Positions 1 through 9,106 of a stretch of DNA of 64,000 nucleotides are shown here, in pieces (position 1 is the first letter of the stretch; each line of letters opens with the position of its first letter). The notes below the pieces were generated by a model. That model did not search any database, had not been told where the DNA came from, and worked only from the letters and a program-made list of their open reading frames with translations. Made by a program: the position numbers and the translations under genes. Source of the DNA: Polyangiaceae bacterium (GTDB taxonomy: Bacteria; Myxococcota_A; Polyangia; Polyangiales; Polyangiaceae); NCBI GenBank assembly GCA_033763455.1, contig JANRKO010000047.1, positions 96,001 through 160,000 of the forward strand. Direction: 5' to 3'.

Positions 1-2
1 CG

Positions 3-203
3 ATCCGAGACTCTCGGTTGTTGGGCCCGACCATCCTGGTGCTAGGGAGCGAACATGAGGGTCTCGCACGGGGCGTTCGGAAGGAGTGCACCGAGCTGGT
101 GAAGCTGCCAATGGCCAAGGGTGTGGCTTCCCTGAACGCTTCGGTTGCAGCCGCACTCGCCCTGTATGAAGCAGCTTCTCAGCGAGCCATTTCAAACACT
201 TAG
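3..203 (+). CDS. SpoU/TrmH-family RNA 2'-O-methyltransferase (RlmB-like), 3' end only
   Basis: SPOUT motifs LVLGSEHEGL and LPM..VASLNASVAAALALYE; truncated by the window edge. Confidence 0.85.
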   Translation: MRDSRLLGPTILVLGSEHEGLARGVRKECTELVKLPMAKGVASLNASVAAALALYEAASQRAISNT

Positions 204-455
204 ATGCTATTGTCTGCGTGCTCACTTGAGCTCAAGCGCCGCTGACCATTCCAACTGAACAAGTGTCCGTGTGGGATATTGTTCAAATCTATTCAGTGTA
301 TTGGACGCCAGTCTGGAGAGAATGGCGAATAACTAATTAACTTCAAATACTTAGAAACCACAGCTGAGGTGCTGACCCCCACTTCCGGAAGTGCTTCAAG
401 TCTTACTTCAAGGGTTGGGCCTCGCCTCTTCCAAACAGGAAAAACCAAGGATCTT

Positions 456-1559
456 CTAACAACGCAGGATCCGTCCGAGCGCCGCTATGAACGCGTCGAT
501 CTCCTCGGCTTGAGTGAGCTCCCCCAAGCTGATGCGCACCGCCTGACCCGCACGCTTTCGCCCCAACATGGACTCTATGACTGGCGAAAGCTCAGTAGTC
601 CCCGCGCTGCAAGCGCTCCCGCTGGACACGCAGAACCCTTCGAGATCGAGTGCTGCTACCAGCTCATCTCCGCGCCAGCCGTGGAACGAAAGGTTGGCCA
701 CATGGCCCAAGCGCTCGGCCTCCGAACCATTTGCGTCGGCGAAACCGACAACGCACCGTTCGATCTTGTCCCGAAGTTCAGCTAGCCGACCGCGCTCGGG
801 CCGGAGCCGCTCCCCACGTTGAAGAGCCACACCAAACCCGACCACCAGCGAAGCGTCCACTGTACCGGGACGCAGACCGCGCTCCTGCGCGCCGCCCAGC
901 AAAACCGGATGTGGAGCCGAACCCGGTACCCATGCGAGCACGCCAATGCCCTTAGGGCCGCGGATCTTGTGGGACGCTATCGATACCCGGTCCGCTCCGG
1001 CCCAGTGACTCGGCGGCAGCTTCCCTACCCCTTGAACCGCATCAACATGAAGCCTGAACCCGGACGCGTGGACTACATCCGCGATCGCTCGCACCGGCTG
1101 AATCACCCCCGTCTCGTGGTTCACGGCCATGACAGAGACCCACGTTCCCGGCGGAAGCCCCACCAATTGCTCGCCAACGGCAGCCGGATCGAGCCTACCG
1201 CTGGGTGGAACCGAGAGCCACATCACCTTTCCGCCACGCGCGGCTAGCGCTTCGGCAACGCGGACTACCGACGGGTGCTCCAACCTGCTGGTAGCCAGGC
1301 TTGCTGCGTCCCATAGCGCCAGATTATTCGCCTCGGTGCCCCCCGAGGTGAACAGCAAATCGCGGGGACTTACCCCAAGCAAACCTGCGACGGCTTCCCG
1401 CGTTTCGTCGACTCGCTGCCGCGCACGCCTGCCGCTCGCATGCACGCTGCTCGGGTTGCCCCAAGCCTCGGTGAGGACGCTCTGTTGAGCCGCACGCACC
1501 TCTTCGCAGAGCGGGCTAGTCGCGTTCCAATCGAGGTAAATCTCAGGGCGCTGAGTCAT
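456..1559 (-). CDS. Cysteine desulfurase (IscS/NifS family)
   Basis: IYLDWNATSP, GNPSSVH, FTSGGTEANN, SHKIRGPKG (PLP Lys), SSGSAC (catalytic Cys); start placed at MTQRPE. Confidence 0.93.
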   Translation of the reverse strand: MTQRPEIYLDWNATSPLCEEVRAAQQSVLTEAWGNPSSVHASGRRARQRVDETREAVAGLLGVSPRDLLFTSGGTEANNLALWDAASLATSRLEHPSVVRVAEALAARGGKVMWLSVPPSGRLDPAAVGEQLVGLPPGTWVSVMAVNHETGVIQPVRAIADVVHASGFRLHVDAVQGVGKLPPSHWAGADRVSIASHKIRGPKGIGVLAWVPGSAPHPVLLGGAQERGLRPGTVDASLVVGFGVALQRGERLRPERGRLAELRDKIERCVVGFADANGSEAERLGHVANLSFHGWRGDELVAALDLEGFCVSSGSACSAGTTELSPVIESMLGRKRAGQAVRISLGELTQAEEIDAFIAALGRILRC

Positions 1560-1566
1560 GAACCGC

Positions 1567-2820
1567 TCAGCCCGGAGGTGGCCGGCTGGAGGGCGCGCTG
1601 TATTCGCCGCTCGGGGCACGGCCAGCGCGCTCGGCGATTACGAGGTAAAAAGCCGCGCCCTTGAGTGGAACGCCGATGACTTCCTCTTGGGCAGGAGAGG
1701 CCACCCGCACGTCACCCGAGTGCCCCCGGGCTACTCCGCGCACAATGGCCAAACCGATTCCTGTGCCGCCGTGGGACCGCGTGGGTGAGCCATCGACCTG
1801 ATAAAATGGCTCAAAAAGCCTCTCCAGCTTGTCCTGCGGAACGCCGGGACCGCTATCCGCCACGCAGAGCTCCAGATGCCCAGATTCGAGCCGCCGCAAA
1901 CGCACACCCACTTTGCCACCCCCAGGCGTGAACTTGGCAGCGTTCTCGAGCAAGTGATCGATCGCACGCGAAAGCCGCTCCGGATCCCCCAGAGCCAGAA
2001 GCGAGCCCGTTCGTGGCAAATCCGTAACTAGCTGGACCCCAGCGTCTTCGAAAGCCCGGGATTGGCGCGCAATCGAGCGATGCACCACATCCACAGCGTC
2101 GTACTCCCGAAAGACAAACTGCATGCGCCCCGTTTCCAGGGCTGTAACATCCAGGAGGCTGTCAATAAGCCGCCGCAACCGCTGCACGCAGTCATCCATG
2201 GCAGTGAGCGCCTTGGTTTGGGGCACAGCTAGTGGCCCCAACTCGTTGTCCAAGAGCAGCTTCAAATACCCCACGATAGGCGTCATGGGAGTGGCCAATT
2301 CGTGGGAAATATTGCGATAAAACTCGCGGCGTGCTTGATCTGCCACCAGCAAGCGTTCGTTCGCGTCGCTGAGCTCAGAAATCTTCTGCTCCAAGTGGGC
2401 CACAATGCGTTGCCCCTGCGCCCTCAAGTGCTCGCCGGTGGCCTGGGGCGACCCGTGTTCGCGATGTCCGCCCAAATACCCCTGAAGTGTCTGCGCAAAC
2501 GATCTCGCGTCGATGGGCTTCTGCAGAAAACCATCACAGCCAACCGCCAGACTCGTCTCCCGGTTACCTTCCGCAGTGATCGCCACAATGGGAACACTTC
2601 GCAACCCGGGCTCGGCACGCAAACGCAGGGTTACCTCATAGCCATCCAGGCCGGGAATCGCGATATCAATCAGGATGAGATCGGGCTTGCACTCCCGAGC
2701 TTTTTTGATCCCATCGAGACCATCGAACGCCTCGACAACCTCAAACCCCGCCATAGTAAGCAGCTTTCGGACCAAAAGCTGATTGGCGGCGTCGTCTTCA
2801 ATATGCAGGATTCGCGGCAT
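1567..2820 (-). CDS. Cytoplasmic hybrid histidine kinase (N-terminal receiver, HisKA, HATPase)
   Basis: REC motifs ILHIEDD, DLILID, FLQKP; H-box ISHELATP; N-box LLENAAKFT; DSGPG; GGTGIGL; alternative start at 2838. Confidence 0.92.
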   Translation of the reverse strand: MPRILHIEDDAANQLLVRKLLTMAGFEVVEAFDGLDGIKKARECKPDLILIDIAIPGLDGYEVTLRLRAEPGLRSVPIVAITAEGNRETSLAVGCDGFLQKPIDARSFAQTLQGYLGGHREHGSPQATGEHLRAQGQRIVAHLEQKISELSDANERLLVADQARREFYRNISHELATPMTPIVGYLKLLLDNELGPLAVPQTKALTAMDDCVQRLRRLIDSLLDVTALETGRMQFVFREYDAVDVVHRSIARQSRAFEDAGVQLVTDLPRTGSLLALGDPERLSRAIDHLLENAAKFTPGGGKVGVRLRRLESGHLELCVADSGPGVPQDKLERLFEPFYQVDGSPTRSHGGTGIGLAIVRGVARGHSGDVRVASPAQEEVIGVPLKGAAFYLVIAERAGRAPSGEYSAPSSRPPPG

Positions 2821-2858
2821 GCCGGGGGTTGAACCCATAGCATGATTCGCAATACTTT

Positions 2859-3407
2859 TTGCCCATGCCGCGCCTTACGTTCCTAGCCATTTTGCCAATT
2901 TTTGCCTGCTCCGAGCTCACCGCACCCCCGGCGGGTCAATTCGACGGTTCCGCATCGGCATCCGCGCCAGCAGGTGGAACAAAGATGGCCCCCTCCCGGC
3001 GCGAGCAGTTGGCGCAGGCTCTCGCGAACCCCAAGGCCCGCCAGCAAGCACCCGTCACCGGGAACCCGCTTCCGCCTCCCGCCGACGAAGTGCATGCCGC
3101 ACACATCCTGGTGGCTTACCGAGGCGCACAGCGCGCCCCAGCGTCTGTCACCCGGACAAAAGACGAAGCGCAACAATTAGCTCGGCGCCTCAAACAGCAA
3201 GCGTTCGATGCCCCCACCTTCGCCAAACTCGCCCAGCAGTTTTCCGATGATCCGGGTTCCCGTCCCAAAAGCGGAGATCTCGGCCGCTTCCAACGGAGCC
3301 AGATGGTCAAACCGTTCGCAGACGCCGCATTTTCGTTGTCTCCCGGCCAAGTCGCCGATGTGGTCGAGACACAGTTTGGCTTTCACGTGATTCGCCGGCT
3401 TGAGTGA
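2859..3407 (+). CDS. Parvulin-type peptidyl-prolyl isomerase lipoprotein
   Basis: Lipobox IFAC; HILV, FAKLAQQFSDDPGS..GDLG.F, MVKPFADAAF, VETQFGFHVI. Confidence 0.92.
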   Translation: MPMPRLTFLAILPIFACSELTAPPAGQFDGSASASAPAGGTKMAPSRREQLAQALANPKARQQAPVTGNPLPPPADEVHAAHILVAYRGAQRAPASVTRTKDEAQQLARRLKQQAFDAPTFAKLAQQFSDDPGSRPKSGDLGRFQRSQMVKPFADAAFSLSPGQVADVVETQFGFHVIRRLE

Positions 3408-3440
3408 AGCCTCTTCGGCGTTACAACACCTCGGAGGGCA

Positions 3441-3685
3441 GAGGGAGGCGGGTGAACAACGGGTGCAAAAAGTCCGAGCGCACGAGCCCACGAATATACG
3501 GTGCGAGCAGGGGGTCCAACGCGCGCGAGAAGTACTTAGCATGACAAGGATCGCCTGAACGGCAAGAACCCCGTGAGGGAGGCGGGTGAACAACGGGTGC
3601 AATAACGCCGAGCGCGCGAGCCCACGAACATACGGTGCGAGCGGGGGTTCAGCACGCGCGAGAAGTACTTAGCATGACAAGGATC
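3441..3685. repeat. Intergenic tandem duplication: two ~112 bp copies (3441-3552, 3575-3685), period 134 bp
   Basis: Manual alignment shows about 8 substitutions and 1 indel; each copy ends in GAGAAGTACTTAGCATGACAAGGATC. Confidence 0.95.
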
Positions 3686-3840
3686 TATCACTGGAGCGCA
3701 GCTCCCGAACCAAGAAAATCCCTCTCCGCCAATAACCACCGTAACGGAAGACGCGTTGGACCTTGAGGGAGGTTCCGGCGGGGCCTCGCGTAGTGTAAGC
3801 TCAGCACCATTCGCTTAGCCTTCATTTGAGGACGCCCGCT

Positions 3841-4503
3841 ATGATTTCGTCAAATTACGTCAAGTTTGCTGCCTGTGCCGTCTTGGGTTCCCTGGTTGCT
3901 CTCGGTTGCACCATTACAACGGGCGATGGAGATTTTGATGGATTTGGTGGTGCTGATAGCGCGGGCGGTTCAAATTCTGGCGGTGGGAAGGCCACTGGCG
4001 GCACCGGAGGAAAGGCTTCCGGCGGCGCTAGCTCAGGGGGAACATCATCGGGCGGCGCGGCAACGGGTGGAAGCAATACTTCAGGTGGGGCGGCGAGCGG
4101 TGGAAGCACCACCGGCGGCAATGGAAGCGGCGGCGCGGCAGATGAAGTGATGTGCAACGACGCCGGCACCCTGATGCCCACCACCGTGTTGGTCACCTGT
4201 GCAGCGGATGACCCGAATAATCCCTGCCAAACATGTATTGCCAGTAAGTGCTGCGCTGAATTCGAAACGTGTCGAGGTGGTTCGCCTCGCACCGCGTGCG
4301 GTTATGGCGGGCTCACGGGGGCCGGTGAGGCCAAGGAGGTGCAGGCTTGCATCAAGAAGGCAGAACTAACCGACCCCATGACGATCATGGACTGTGAGAT
4401 GGAAAACAAGACCCCCAACTGCGCCGGGGTCGATCCCAACACACACACGCTCATCCAGTGCCTCAAGGCGAAGTGCGATCTGGAGTGCCTGCAGCCTGAC
4501 TGA
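3841..4503 (+). CDS. Lipoprotein with a Gly/Ser linker and Cys-rich C-terminal domain
   Basis: Lipobox ALGC; long GGS/GGT linker; Cys-rich tail (CQTCIASKCC...). Confidence 0.8.
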   Translation: MISSNYVKFAACAVLGSLVALGCTITTGDGDFDGFGGADSAGGSNSGGGKATGGTGGKASGGASSGGTSSGGAATGGSNTSGGAASGGSTTGGNGSGGAADEVMCNDAGTLMPTTVLVTCAADDPNNPCQTCIASKCCAEFETCRGGSPRTACGYGGLTGAGEAKEVQACIKKAELTDPMTIMDCEMENKTPNCAGVDPNTHTLIQCLKAKCDLECLQPD

Positions 4504-4670
4504 GGCAACTGTCAACCTCACCCCGATCCGTACCCGCTGTACCGGATGCTGTGGCCGCCTGGCCATTGCTGGCCCACTGCACTCGCCTTTCTCCTCAAAG
4601 TCACCTAGTTGCTTTTTTTGTAGGAGCTCCCCTCACTCACGGGGTGCGAGTGTGATACCCTTCGCCGCGC

Positions 4671-5333
4671 ATGTTAACGGTTGGTTGTGCTGGTTTTGCA
4701 GTTCCAGCAACGCGGTATTTCAAAGAGTACCTGTTCGTAGAAGTTCAGGAGACACACGTGGCCATTCCCGGGCCGGGCACCGTACGGCGCTGGCGCCGGG
4801 AAGCTCCTGAAGGGTTCGAGTTTGCGGTTCTTGGGCCTAAGCAGGTAGGGCTGGATGGGTTCAGATCCGGAGCCGAGTTGGATGCAGCCCTCCAGGTGCT
4901 GGTGGACGTGGCGGCCGATCTCAACGCCAAAACGGCTGTATTCGTAGCTCCGCCTGATTTCACGAACACCCGGACAAACAAATCAGCCTTAAAAGATTTC
5001 CTGAAAGCAGCTCGCGCGCGTTTCGACACGGTTGTGTTTGAAGGCGGCCCAGCTTGGAAGGCAGACGACCTAGACAAGCTTGCCGCCGAAACGGACACGT
5101 TGGCCGTTCGGGATCCCCTGCACCAGGGCCTATCAAAACGTGAAGTGGCTTATTACCGGCTGCCCGGCCCTGCAGGCCGCAAGTCACGCTACGAAGATCC
5201 GGCCATCGAACGTTTGGCAGAAATCGCGCAGGAAGATCTTTCGCAGAACGCCACTTACGTGTTCGCCAACGTAGATATGTTTGCGGACGCCAAGCGCTTC
5301 AAAAAGGCCATGGGGCTACCCACCAACGGTTAG
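4671..5333 (+). CDS. DUF72 family protein
   Basis: VGCAGF, VEVQET, TVRRWRREAPEGFEF, YYRLPG, YVFAN.DMF.DA.RF pattern. Confidence 0.8.
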   Translation: MLTVGCAGFAVPATRYFKEYLFVEVQETHVAIPGPGTVRRWRREAPEGFEFAVLGPKQVGLDGFRSGAELDAALQVLVDVAADLNAKTAVFVAPPDFTNTRTNKSALKDFLKAARARFDTVVFEGGPAWKADDLDKLAAETDTLAVRDPLHQGLSKREVAYYRLPGPAGRKSRYEDPAIERLAEIAQEDLSQNATYVFANVDMFADAKRFKKAMGLPTNG

Positions 5334-5354
5334 AACCCACCCGGCTTGGCGGCG

Positions 5355-5879
5355 CTATGGCAGATCGTCGCTTGCCACGGGCAGCCCCAAGATTCGCTCG
5401 GCAAGGGCTTGGCCGGTCGCCTCAGCGGCCCTGCGAATAGCCTTTTCACGCTCAACGTTGTTGGCTGCCGCGCCCGCCGCGTGCCCATAGGCGCGGGTCC
5501 GTCGAACGTCCCCGGTGCTGCGGGTGGGGGCCTCGCCCTTAGCGCTCAGCACCCAAGCTCTAGCTGTAACGGAGACCTCGCTCCCGCGCCCCAACGGAAC
5601 ACCGGGCTTGAGCTCCAGCACACCCACCGGCCGCTCATCCACCCGTACCACCTCCAGCTCCACCCGAGGGTAGCCATCTGACCAGCTGTAAGCGGCGTTC
5701 TGGGAAAGCGCCGTCCTCAATCCATCCACAGCCCCCCCGACCGCTCCGAGGTACGCCACGCGGGACTTTGGAGCCGCCACCGACAAGCGCACTTTCCCAG
5801 GAAATTCCGCGTAAACCGAGCGATACCCGCACCCGTGCAGCACCGCAAGCATCAAACCGAAAAGTGGGCCAAGTTTCAC
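5355..5879 (-). CDS. LptE-like lipoprotein
   Basis: Lipobox-like LHGCGYR; C-terminal EREKAIRRAAE..AERIL helix; downstream of leuS on the same strand; GTG start uncertain. Confidence 0.55.
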   Translation of the reverse strand: MKLGPLFGLMLAVLHGCGYRSVYAEFPGKVRLSVAAPKSRVAYLGAVGGAVDGLRTALSQNAAYSWSDGYPRVELEVVRVDERPVGVLELKPGVPLGRGSEVSVTARAWVLSAKGEAPTRSTGDVRRTRAYGHAAGAAANNVEREKAIRRAAEATGQALAERILGLPVASDDLP

Positions 5880-5887
5880 GGGAAACA
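5872..5887. promoter_or_regulatory. parS-like site
   Basis: AGTTTCACGGGAAACA (reverse complement TGTTTCCCGTGAAACT) matches 14/16 of TGTTTCACGTGAAACA. Confidence 0.5.
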
Positions 5888-5892
5888 ACAGA

Positions 5893-5901
5893 TTATCCAC
5901 A
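5893..5901 (+). promoter_or_regulatory. DnaA box
   Basis: Perfect TTATCCACA, intergenic, 5 bp from the parS-like site. Confidence 0.45.
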
Positions 5902-5989
5902 GCTCCCCAGATGTCTAGCAACTAAACAGACGAGCACTCACCAGGCATTCAGCTCGAACCACCTCAAGGCCCCTCACAAGTTACCGCCG

Positions 5990-7318
5990 TTAGGCCAAGA
6001 ACCCGGGGAGATCACCCTTAGCGAAATCCGGGTGACCGAAACTTGTATCCGGTACATCGAACGCGTGAAGGATAGATAGCAGCAATTGGCTGTGTGGGAC
6101 GGCGCCGTATTCCATGTAGCGCCCACCTGGAACGCGCCCGCCTAAAGTTCCCGCCACCAAGAACGGCATATTCACCAGTGTGTGGAGATTCCCCTTCGAA
6201 ACCTCGCTGCACCAGACCACCAGCGTGTTGTCGAGGGCGCTCCCCTCGCCCTCGGCGATCGCTCCCAAGGAATCCATGAAATGCGCAAGCATCTGCGCAT
6301 GCCACGTATGGCGCGTCACTACTTCCTGAGTGGCGGCGACGTCGTTATCGCCCGAATGTGAGAGGGTGTGGCCGGAGCCGAGGCTACCGAGCCAGGGGTA
6401 GCGGATCCGATTGAGGGCATTTGAAATCTGAACGCTGCCGACCCGCGTAAGATCACACGCAAAAGCGAGCGCCAAGAACTCGAAATGGAGCCGAACAATC
6501 TCAGGCATTTCGGCCTCGCCTTCGGGATCTTGTTCCGAAGGCGTCGCAGGCTTCGCACACACGGCCCCGCCGCTGGCGGACGCTGTGAGGCGGGCCTCCA
6601 AATCCCGAACCAAATCGAGGTGCCTTTCCAGCTTCGTCGCGTCGTTGGAGCTCACCTGCTTTTTCAGGATCCCATATTGCTCCTGTACTGTGTCCAACAC
6701 GGATTTCCGCTTCGCGATCACCTGCGCGGCCAGGTTCACCGGTACATCCAGGTTCGCAAACAAGCGGTTGAATACTTCGAGCGGCGTATTCATGGGCGGC
6801 AAGGGATTGCCGGGCCCTGCGTAGCTGATGCGGGCCTGGACATCCGCTTGCGTGCACCGCGCCGCGAGCTCCAGGCTCTTGATCGGGACGCTCGCGCCCA
6901 CAGCGGTTGCCACCACTTGGTCGATACTCACGCCATTTGCCCAGCCGGCATTGGCCCCGCAACCATCTACGAATTTGCCCTCTTGGAGCTCCCGCCCCGT
7001 AAAAAGCGCCCCGATCCCGCGTTGGTGTGGCCCTCCGGGGCCAACCCCCGTGACGGAAAGATCAACGCCGCCAAGGATGGTGAGGCGTGATTTGTGGGCC
7101 TCTAGCGGGGTCAACGTCGTGTTCAAATCAAATGACGTGGGGCCCGTTACGTTCTTGGGCCACCAAGCGCTCTGGATGGTGCCATTGGGCGTGTACATGA
7201 GCACCAGGCGCCGCGGAGTTGCTGCCATTTGCGCCCGAACCTGCAATGAATCCAGAAGCGGGAGCGCCACCAAAGCTCCGGCCGTGCCGCGCAGGAAGTG
7301 CCGCCTCCCCAACTTCAC
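5990..7318 (-). CDS. DUF1552 domain protein with a Tat signal
   Basis: GRRHFLRGTAGALVALPLLDSL; RLVLMYTPNG; SIDQVVA; ALAFACDLTRV; LDNTLVVW.SE; GTG start overlaps the upstream TGA. Confidence 0.88.
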   Translation of the reverse strand: MKLGRRHFLRGTAGALVALPLLDSLQVRAQMAATPRRLVLMYTPNGTIQSAWWPKNVTGPTSFDLNTTLTPLEAHKSRLTILGGVDLSVTGVGPGGPHQRGIGALFTGRELQEGKFVDGCGANAGWANGVSIDQVVATAVGASVPIKSLELAARCTQADVQARISYAGPGNPLPPMNTPLEVFNRLFANLDVPVNLAAQVIAKRKSVLDTVQEQYGILKKQVSSNDATKLERHLDLVRDLEARLTASASGGAVCAKPATPSEQDPEGEAEMPEIVRLHFEFLALAFACDLTRVGSVQISNALNRIRYPWLGSLGSGHTLSHSGDNDVAATQEVVTRHTWHAQMLAHFMDSLGAIAEGEGSALDNTLVVWCSEVSKGNLHTLVNMPFLVAGTLGGRVPGGRYMEYGAVPHSQLLLSILHAFDVPDTSFGHPDFAKGDLPGFLA

Positions 7319-8985
7319 GGCGCACCTCCGGGATTGCGCACGTAGGGAGCGCGGTAGCGAAAGGCATCTGAGAGGGCAATCTTCACCAATACCTCCGGAA
7401 GAGCTCCTGTTTGCCGAAAGTCCTGCTGAATCGGGGCCAAACTGCACAGATCCGCCGCCGTTTCCGATCTGCCCGCAGCGTAACGCCACCATTGGGTGAC
7501 CAAGCAATCCCGAGCGCTTGTGCTCGACGAAATGCGTGCGGCAAGCTCCTTCGGGCCGACAAACGGGCCATTGAGGCCTTCCTCGGCGAAGCCATTCATG
7601 GCGCCAGTAGAATCCACGGGCAGGCCATTTTCCTGAGTTCGGAAGCGCCCGAGTTGGTCGTAATTTTCGAAACCAAAGCCAAGTGGGTCGATCAAGGTGT
7701 GACACGCAGCGCATGTCGCGCTCGCGGTATGCTGCTTGAAGCGTTCACGCGTAGTTGCTTTGGGATCGGGATCCGGAGCTACGGCATTCAGGTTTGGGGG
7801 TGGCGGCGGAACATCGCTACACAGGAAATGTTCACGCACAAAGACGCCGCGAAAAACGGGCGCGGTTTGATTCGGGTGGGCCAACGCGACCATCAGCGCG
7901 GGCTGAGTGAGCAGGCCAAAACGCTGCTCGGGCTCGGGGAAGGCGGTGAACCCATCCGTTGTGGGCGTGTGCCCGAAAACGGGGCCAAGCTGCTTATCCA
8001 AAAACAGCTCATTGGAGTTAAAGAGGCTGTCGAACGTGCCCTTTTCCCAGAACATGGAATCGGTGAACGCCTGGAGCGAGCTCGCGAGCAGGGTACCGAA
8101 GTTCGCTGGCAGCGACAGCACCGGATCTTCCCGAACGATGCGCCCCAGCTCACCCGTACCCAACCACTGACCGTGAAAATTTGCGACCATCGCACGCGCG
8201 CGAGGTTGTTGGAGGAGGCGACGCACCTGTGCTTCCACGGCTAAAGGAGTGCTCAGGGCATCCGAAGATGCGGCCTGCAAGAGCTCCGGATCTGGGGCGC
8301 TATCGGTGAGAAAGTAGCTAAGGCGAGTGGCCATCTCGTACGGGCCGAGCAAAGCCGGTGCACTTTCGACGGCTTTTGGACGCACGCTCTCGATGCGATA
8401 CAGAAACTGGGGCGACTGAAGCATCGCCTGAAGCACCACCGAAACTGCATTTGCATACGAATCCGTAGCGAGTGTTGCCGCAAAAAGCCTGCTAAAAACC
8501 TGCTCTTCTTCAAGGGTAAGTGGACGCCGAAAGAGCCTTTCGCCAACCGTGCGAATGAAAGCAGCACCGCATTCGACCGTTGCACCGGTGGGGCACGGCG
8601 CGATTTCATCTAGCTTGGCGCTCACCGTGCGCGCGGCGATGCCCTCGGCCGCGTTCAGCATTTCTGAAACCAAAAGCGGCGACGCTTGGTGGGCCTCGGC
8701 ATTGTTGTTAAAGCCCAGCATCTGATTTTCCGGGGGAAACGCAGCCGCGGGGTGACTCGTGTCCCCCAAGATGTCCGCCACGCTGTTCTCATACGCACTG
8801 CGTGTGAGCAAACGTGCGGGCGCTTCGCCCGGAACGGGCCCCACTTGGCAATCCACCTGCGAGAGCACCTGGGGCTCTGTTGGAAGCGGCTCTTCGGGTG
8901 GTGGAGCCTCAGTTTGGCACCCCGCCGCAAGCCCCGAGAGGAGGCTCAAGAGGGAAACCAAAAGCGGTGCCGACGGCCGACTCAT
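7315..8985 (-). CDS. DUF1587/1595/1592/1588/1585 (PSD-domain) lipoprotein
   Basis: RLLTRSAYENSVADILG, FRRPL, LQSPQFLYR, ATRLSYFL..S.PD..L, PVFRG, CAACH..IDPLGFGFENYD. Confidence 0.88.
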   Translation of the reverse strand: MSRPSAPLLVSLLSLLSGLAAGCQTEAPPPEEPLPTEPQVLSQVDCQVGPVPGEAPARLLTRSAYENSVADILGDTSHPAAAFPPENQMLGFNNNAEAHQASPLLVSEMLNAAEGIAARTVSAKLDEIAPCPTGATVECGAAFIRTVGERLFRRPLTLEEEQVFSRLFAATLATDSYANAVSVVLQAMLQSPQFLYRIESVRPKAVESAPALLGPYEMATRLSYFLTDSAPDPELLQAASSDALSTPLAVEAQVRRLLQQPRARAMVANFHGQWLGTGELGRIVREDPVLSLPANFGTLLASSLQAFTDSMFWEKGTFDSLFNSNELFLDKQLGPVFGHTPTTDGFTAFPEPEQRFGLLTQPALMVALAHPNQTAPVFRGVFVREHFLCSDVPPPPPNLNAVAPDPDPKATTRERFKQHTASATCAACHTLIDPLGFGFENYDQLGRFRTQENGLPVDSTGAMNGFAEEGLNGPFVGPKELAARISSSTSARDCLVTQWWRYAAGRSETAADLCSLAPIQQDFRQTGALPEVLVKIALSDAFRYRAPYVRNPGGAP

Positions 8986-9106
8986 GCAAGCTCAGGGTGC
9001 ACTCTGAACGGCGTCCGGTCAACGAAACGAAGCGCCAAATAAGTGACGCAGTGGGGGGCGTCAGCACCGGCGCCTTCACCGAACGCGGTACCCCCTTAGA
9101 AAGGCT

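Noticed and set aside
3379..3394. Second parS site
   Set aside because: Only the TTTCACGTGA core matches, and it is explained by the parvulin GFHVI codons
3441..3685. CRISPR mini-array or coding repeat
   Set aside because: The units are ~112 bp, far too long for CRISPR repeats, and the overlapping ORFs look like shadow frames
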